Origin: the human T2T-CHM13v2.0 reference genome, Homo sapiens
DNA length: 64,000 nucleotides
Reading direction: 5' to 3' (one strand)
Assembly (NCBI RefSeq): GCF_009914755.1
Contig: NC_060943.1
In this document: piece by piece, positions 57,439 through 64,000 of the stretch
Layout of the letters: each line of letters starts with the position of its first letter
Position numbering within the stretch: position 1 is the stretch's first letter
Program-made: the position numbers and the translations under genes
The notes under the pieces: generated by a model
Databases searched by the model: none
What the model saw: only the letters and a program-made list of their open reading frames with translations
What the model was told of the DNA's origin: nothing

Positions 57439-57526
57439 GATTGACTTCTAAAGACTCTTGGTATGTGAGGAAGAAACCTGGAAGAGGAAGAGGAAAGCAA
57501 AGGAGTCAGGGATGGCTCTTCCTCAG
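57439..57526 (+). CDS. ZNF765: KZFP gene 3, start-codon exon (ATG at 57512, MALPQ)
   Basis: Acceptor ttcag|G, gggATGg, donor CAG|gtgaga. Symbol from recalled gene order; the finger exon lies beyond the window. Confidence 0.8.
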
Positions 57527-58270
57527 GTGAGATGATATTCTTGGTGGATTGTTCTGTCTCCTTCTTTTCAGAAATGCTGACCTTGGAGTTTGGAATCTTC
57601 TCTGAGTCTGAAGCATCTTGCCTGACAGGTTTGCTCGCACTCACCCATGCCTTCCTTCATTCCCTCTTATCTTGCTTAGATTCCATCTCCCATGATCCAG
57701 TGACATGAACTTGGGAAGAGGCTGCACTGGGCATGGTCCTGGGAAGGGCTCACACCCAGACATGGATGGAGATGGGGTGAGGGTCCCATGGTGTCAGTGC
57801 TGTTGGGCAGCAGGGATTGTTCAGGGGCTACATCTGGATGCTCTGTCAGCTCTCTGTAGACCAGGATTAGAGCAACTGCCAATGGAAGTCATGTATTCAT
57901 GTGCACAAAGTATGTGGTAAATTCTAGAAAAGGTGACCAATATGGAGCAATTTTTTCTGCCTGATTTTATACTACATTTTTAGGTAATTGAGTGAGTTAC
58001 TGTGTTTCTGACTCCAACTATCTTACTAATTAGAATGGAAAGTTCATACACAGACATGAATGATACAAGATGTTTTATTCCGTCTTTATTTTAAGAATAG
58101 GAAATCAACCTGAATAATAGCAGGAGATTCATTCAACCATTCTTAGCACATTACGCTCATGGAGACTGTGGGGTTCCTGTGGAGAGGCTTGTGAAACAGG
58201 TGTTTTGGTTATAATTTTTATTATCAGTACTATTATATTATGATAATATTATTATATTTCACATATATGA

Positions 58271-58429
<159 letters not shown>

Positions 58430-58577
58430 TAGTGACGAGTATCACCATGTTGGCCAGGCTGGTCTCAAACTACTGACTTCAGGTGATCTGCCTGCCTCAG
58501 CCTCCTGGAGTGCTGGGATTACAGGTATAAGCCACCATGCCCAGCCCCAATGATTATTATTAAATATATATTTTTCT

Positions 58578-58755
58578 TTTTTTTAAAATTATTATTATAC
58601 TTTAAGTTTTAGGGTACATGTGCACAATGTGCAGGTTAGTTACATATGTATACATGTGCCATATTGGTGTGCTGCACCCATTAACTCATCATTTAGCATT
58701 AGGTATATCTCCTAATGCTATCCCTCCCCCCTCCCCCACCCCACAACAGTCCCCA
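58578..58755 (-). mobile_element. L1PA 3'-end insertion (about 180 bp) with TSD, specific to gene 3
   Basis: ttattatactttaagttttagggtacatgtgcacaatgtgcaggttagttac is the L1PA 3'UTR antisense. TSD aaatatatatttttct at 58562-58577 and 58756-58771. Absent at the paralogous sites near 1930 and 32910. Confidence 0.9.
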
Positions 58756-59070
58756 AAATATATATTTTTCTATTTAAACATCACATAGTGAATATATTTG
58801 TTTTGTGGTAAAACTCCAAGCAAAGCTGCAGCTTAGACCCTTTGCCATCAGGCATCTCCCTTCCCTGTTACATCCTCCACCCTTCTTCCAAACTCACTGG
58901 GGAGTCACCACTGTCAGTTCTGTGCCAGGCGTCAGAGCAAGTCTCATACACATGTATTTCTGCATCATATGAGACTTTAGAAAAAATTATTCAATAAATT
59001 GAAAAAAAAATAACTTTTTTACAAAAATTAGCCTGGCGTGATGGCACGTGCCCCTAATCCCAGCTGTTCA

Positions 59071-59160
<90 letters not shown>

Positions 59161-59335
59161 TCAAGACTCCATCTCAAAAAAAAAAAAAAATTTTTACGTT
59201 TGGGGCCACATGTTCCGGTTTCTTACATAGGTAAACTAGGGTCATCGGGGTTTGTTGTTCAGGTTATTTCATCACTCTGGTGTTAAGTCCCGTACCCAAT
59301 AGTTATTTTTTATTTATTTATTTTTTTGAGACTGA

Positions 59336-59434
<99 letters not shown>

Positions 59435-60074
59435 TGAGTAGCTGAAATTACAGGGGCCTGCTACCATGCCTTGATAATTTTTGTATTTTTAGTAGAGACA
59501 GGGTTTCACCATGTGGGCCAGGCTGATCTTGAACTCCTGACATTTGATCCACCTGCCTCAGCCACTCAAAGTGGTGGGATTACAGGCATGAGCCACCGCA
59601 TCTGGCCCCCAGTAGTTATTTTTTCTAGTCTTCTCCTTCCTCCCACCCTCCACCCTCAAGTAGACGCCAGTGTCTGTTGTTTTCTTTGTGCTCCAGTAAA
59701 TATTTTACTTCGATATTTGATCCTGCTGGTTGTGAAAATTTACATGTTCTCATGTTAGTAAACGTGGATAGCTTGCTCTTTGACATCTGCATTGGAAATT
59801 GGCTGAATGACAAATGGGCCTTTGCAACTTTTCCCTGTATAAAGAGTGCCATAGTGGCTGCCTCTGTGCACACCCGCGTTACTACAGATATCTCACGATT
59901 CCTCCAGGTCAGGCAGTTGAAAGGGTGATTACTTCCTCTAGGATGAGGCATTTCCTGTTTTCTTAGATCTGACAAGATTCCCCCCTGTCCCCAACTGCCA
60001 ATGTATCCTTTTGCAGCAAGATGAGATTCCTCTTCAGTTCAACAAAACTTGCTACTTTTTATATTTTTAAAGCC

Positions 60075-60257
60075 TTTATATGTATACACACCCACACACA
60101 CAATATACACATACACATATACATATACATACATATACACATGCACAAATATATATATTTTGAACAACTTTTCCATTTTGAAAATCTGGGGAAAATGACA
60201 ACCCTTTGTATTAACATCTAGTTTTTTGTGAGTCTGTGTAGGTTTCATTATTTGTTG

Positions 60258-60298
<41 letters not shown>

Positions 60299-60305
60299 TA
60301 CATAA
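60075..60305. repeat. (TA)n/(CA)n microsatellite patches
   Basis: Visible tatatata and cacacaca runs; shorter versions at about 3095-3170 and 34160-34225. Confidence 0.85.
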
Positions 60306-60788
60306 AATGGATTTTCATACTTTGAGTAATCTAGTTTTCATATATTTTCTTTTGTTTTGAGACTGGGTCTTACTGTGTTGCCCAGGCTGGAGCACAGTGG
60401 CACGATCTTAGCTCACTGAAACCTCCACCCTGAGGCTCAAGCCATCTTCCTACCTCAGGGTCCCAAGTAGCTGGGAACCACAGGTGCCTGCCACCATGCC
60501 TCGCTAATTCGCTAATTTTTTTTTTTTTTGGAGATGGAGTATCTGTTGCCCAGACTGTAGTGCAGTGGTGCGATTTCGGATCATTGCAACCTCTGCCTCC
60601 TGGGATCAAGCAATTCTCCTGCATCAGCCTCCCAGGTAGCTGGGATAACAGGCATGTGCCACTGCACCCAGCCAGATTTTAGTTTCTCATCTTTCACTGT
60701 GAACTGTGAATGTCATCTCCGAAGACATCATTCATACTCTGCCTCATCTAGATACTGAATGTCACTTGGTGTGTCAATAAATGTTTCT

Positions 60789-61153
<365 letters not shown>

Positions 61154-61552
61154 TCAGGCAGATCAGGAGGTCAGGAGTTTGAGACCAAACTGGGCAATAT
61201 GGTGAAACCCCGTTTCTGCTAAAAATACAAAAATTAACTGGTCGTGGTGGCACGTGCCTATAATTTCAGCTATTCAGGAGGCTAAGGCAGGAGAATCGTT
61301 TGATCCTGGGACTTGGAGGTTGCATTGAGCAGAGACTGTGCCATTGCACTCCAGGCTGGGCAACAGAGTGAGACTCCACCTTTAAAAAAAAAAAAAGAAC
61401 TTTAGTAAACACAACTGGGAAGACAAAATGCGGTGAAAAATCCCTTACTCAGATTTGTTAGAACATTCACTGCATTTAAATCCATGCCTTCACCTCTCTC
61501 TTCTTCTCATTTTCTGTAAAGATAAGAACTCCTCCCATAACCATTTGGTTAA

Positions 61553-61945
<393 letters not shown>

Positions 61946-64000
61946 TAGAGACGGAGTTTCACCATGTTAGCCAGGATGGCCTTGAAATCCTGACCTCGTG
62001 ATCCACACACCTCGGCCTCCCAAAGTGCTGGGACTACAGGCATAAGCCACCGTGCCCGGCCTATATTTTCTCTTGTTTTTAGATAAAGTGTCTCTTTCTG
62101 TCAGCCCGGGTGGAGTACAATGGTGTGATCATGGCTCACTGCAATCTTGAATTCCTGGGCTCAAGTGATTGTCCCACCTGAGCCTCCCCTGGTAGCTGGT
62201 ACAGGTGCATGCCACCATGTTGGGCAACTTTTTTAGTTTGTTTTTTTTCCAGACAGGGTCTTGCTGTGTTGTTGAAATTCATCCTGATCTCCTGGGCTCC
62301 AGAGATCCTCCTTAGTCTCCCGAGTAGCTGGGATTACAGGTGCCAAACCCCATACCTAATTATTGGCTTTTATTTAAAAAATTTTTGCATATGTGCAGCT
62401 GGGCATGGTGGCTCACACCTGTAATCCCAGCACTTCGGGAGGCTGAGGTGGGTGGATCACGAGGTCAGGAGATCAAGACCACCCTGGCCAACAGGGTGAA
62501 ACCCCCTCTCTACTAAAAATACAAAAATTAGCCAGGTGTGGTGGCACGTGCCTGTAATCCAGGCTGAGACAACAAAATCACATGAACCTGGGAGTCAGAG
62601 GTTGCAGTGAGCCAAGATTGCCACTGCACTCCAGACTGGCGACAGAGCGGGACTCTGTCTCAAAAAAAAAAAAGAAAAAAAAATTTCATATGTGTGTCCT
62701 TAAGGCTGAGTCTGTGAGTCTCTTGTAGACAACATGTAGTTGATTCCTGTTGATTCAGCCAGTCTTTGCCTTCTGAGTGCAGATTAAATACTTACAGTTG
62801 AAGTATTACTGATGGAGAAGACCTTACCCTTGTGATTCTGTTACATATTATCTGTATTTATTGTAGGTTTTTTTGTTCTTCATTTCTCATTTACTACTTT
62901 TGTGTTTATTTGCTTTTTTGTGTAGACATGCTTTGACTCCCTTCTTATTGACTTTTGTTTGTTTGTTTGTTTATGATGGAGTCTTACTCTGTCCCCAAGG
63001 CTACAGTTCAATGGTACGATCTTGGCTCACCGCAGCCAGCTCCGCCTTTCAGGCTCAAACAATTTTTGTGCCCCAGTGGCTCACGCCTGTAATCCCAGCA
63101 CTTCGGGAGGCCGAGGCAGGCAAATCACCTGAGGTCAGGAGTTCAAAACCAGCCTGCCTAACATGGCGAAACTCCATCTCTACTAAAACACACAAATTAG
63201 CCGGACACTGTGGTGGGCGCCTGTAATCCTGCTACTCAAGAGTCTAATGCAGGAGAGTCGCTTGAACCCTGGAGGTGGAGGTTGAAGTGAGCCGAGATTG
63301 TGCCACTGCCCTCCAGCCTGGGTGACAGCACGAGACTCTGTCTCAAAAAAAAAAAACAACAACAACAAAATTCCATAACCTGCAAAAGCCACTCTTTCTC
63401 TACTAGAACTCTGTATTTATGTCAGAATTATTTCTCTGTATGTTGCATTCGCATTAACATATATGTAGTGTTTTTTCATGCTTTTTTCTTCTAAATAACA
63501 GAAAAAAAAGTTGAATTATCTAGAGAAGGTATACTTACACCAGTTTCTGTATGTGTCCTGTTATTTGCCTATTCATTTATTTATTTCTTTGTTGATGAGA
63601 TGAAGTTTTGTTCTTGTCGCCCATGCTGGAGTGCAATGGCACAATCTCGGGTCACTCCAACCTCCAACTCCCAGGTTCAAGTGATTCTCCTGCCTCAGTG
63701 TCCTGAGTAGCTGGGATTACAGGCATGTGCCACCACACCTAGCTAATTTTGTATTTTAGTAGACACAGGCTTTCTCCTTTTTGGTCAGGCTGGTCTCGAA
63801 CCCCTGCCCTAAAGTGATCCACCAACCTCGGCCTCCTAAACTACTGGGATTATAGGTGTGAACCACCGTGCCCGGCCTGTCTTTTTATTTACCTTTACTG
63901 GAGAACTTTATATATATTTGTGGGTTGGAGATACTCTTTAGAATTCTTTCATTTCTTTCTTTTTTTCTTTTTAAGACGGAGTCTCGGTCTGTCACCCAGG

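Overview
This is primate (human-like) genomic DNA from a tandemly duplicated KRAB zinc-finger gene cluster, rich in Alu and ERV sequence. I recognise it from memory as the chr19q13.42 ZNF845-ZNF525-ZNF765 region; no database was checked. Three paralogous units of about 29-30 kb lie head-to-tail on the + strand. ZNF845 has coding exons 809-823, 5007-5133 and 10326-13096 (970 aa, KRAB-A plus 26 intact C2H2 fingers). ZNF525 has a CpG promoter near 25.2 kb and coding exons 31782-31796, 35271-35397 and 40219-41516 (479 aa, 8 intact fingers, with many fossil fingers after a premature stop). Only the 5' part of ZNF765 is present (promoter near 54.6 kb, ATG exon, KRAB exon). Between ZNF845 and ZNF525 is a composite element: an orphan copy of the KZFP promoter/exon 1, then a 5' LTR7 (HERV-H) fragment fused directly to a 5'-deleted type-2 HERV-K(HML-2) provirus. 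That provirus carries an antisense LTR13 inside pol and ends in an LTR5B-like LTR. Its pol and env are disrupted, but the spliced rec frame (104 aa) and its three splice sites are intact. Also present are ERV3-like env/LTR remnants in intron 1 of two paralogs, HSMAR2, MER41, MER4A, LTR12 and LTR2-group solo LTRs, an RPL39 processed pseudogene and an L1PA 3' end. I see no evidence of a wholly new gene system. The best leads are the LTR7/orphan-promoter/HML-2 rec chimera, paralog-specific uORFs derived from one CpG, a shared 3'UTR hairpin, and reconstructable rearrangements. Repeat subfamily names are from recalled consensus sequences and need RepeatMasker/Dfam confirmation.
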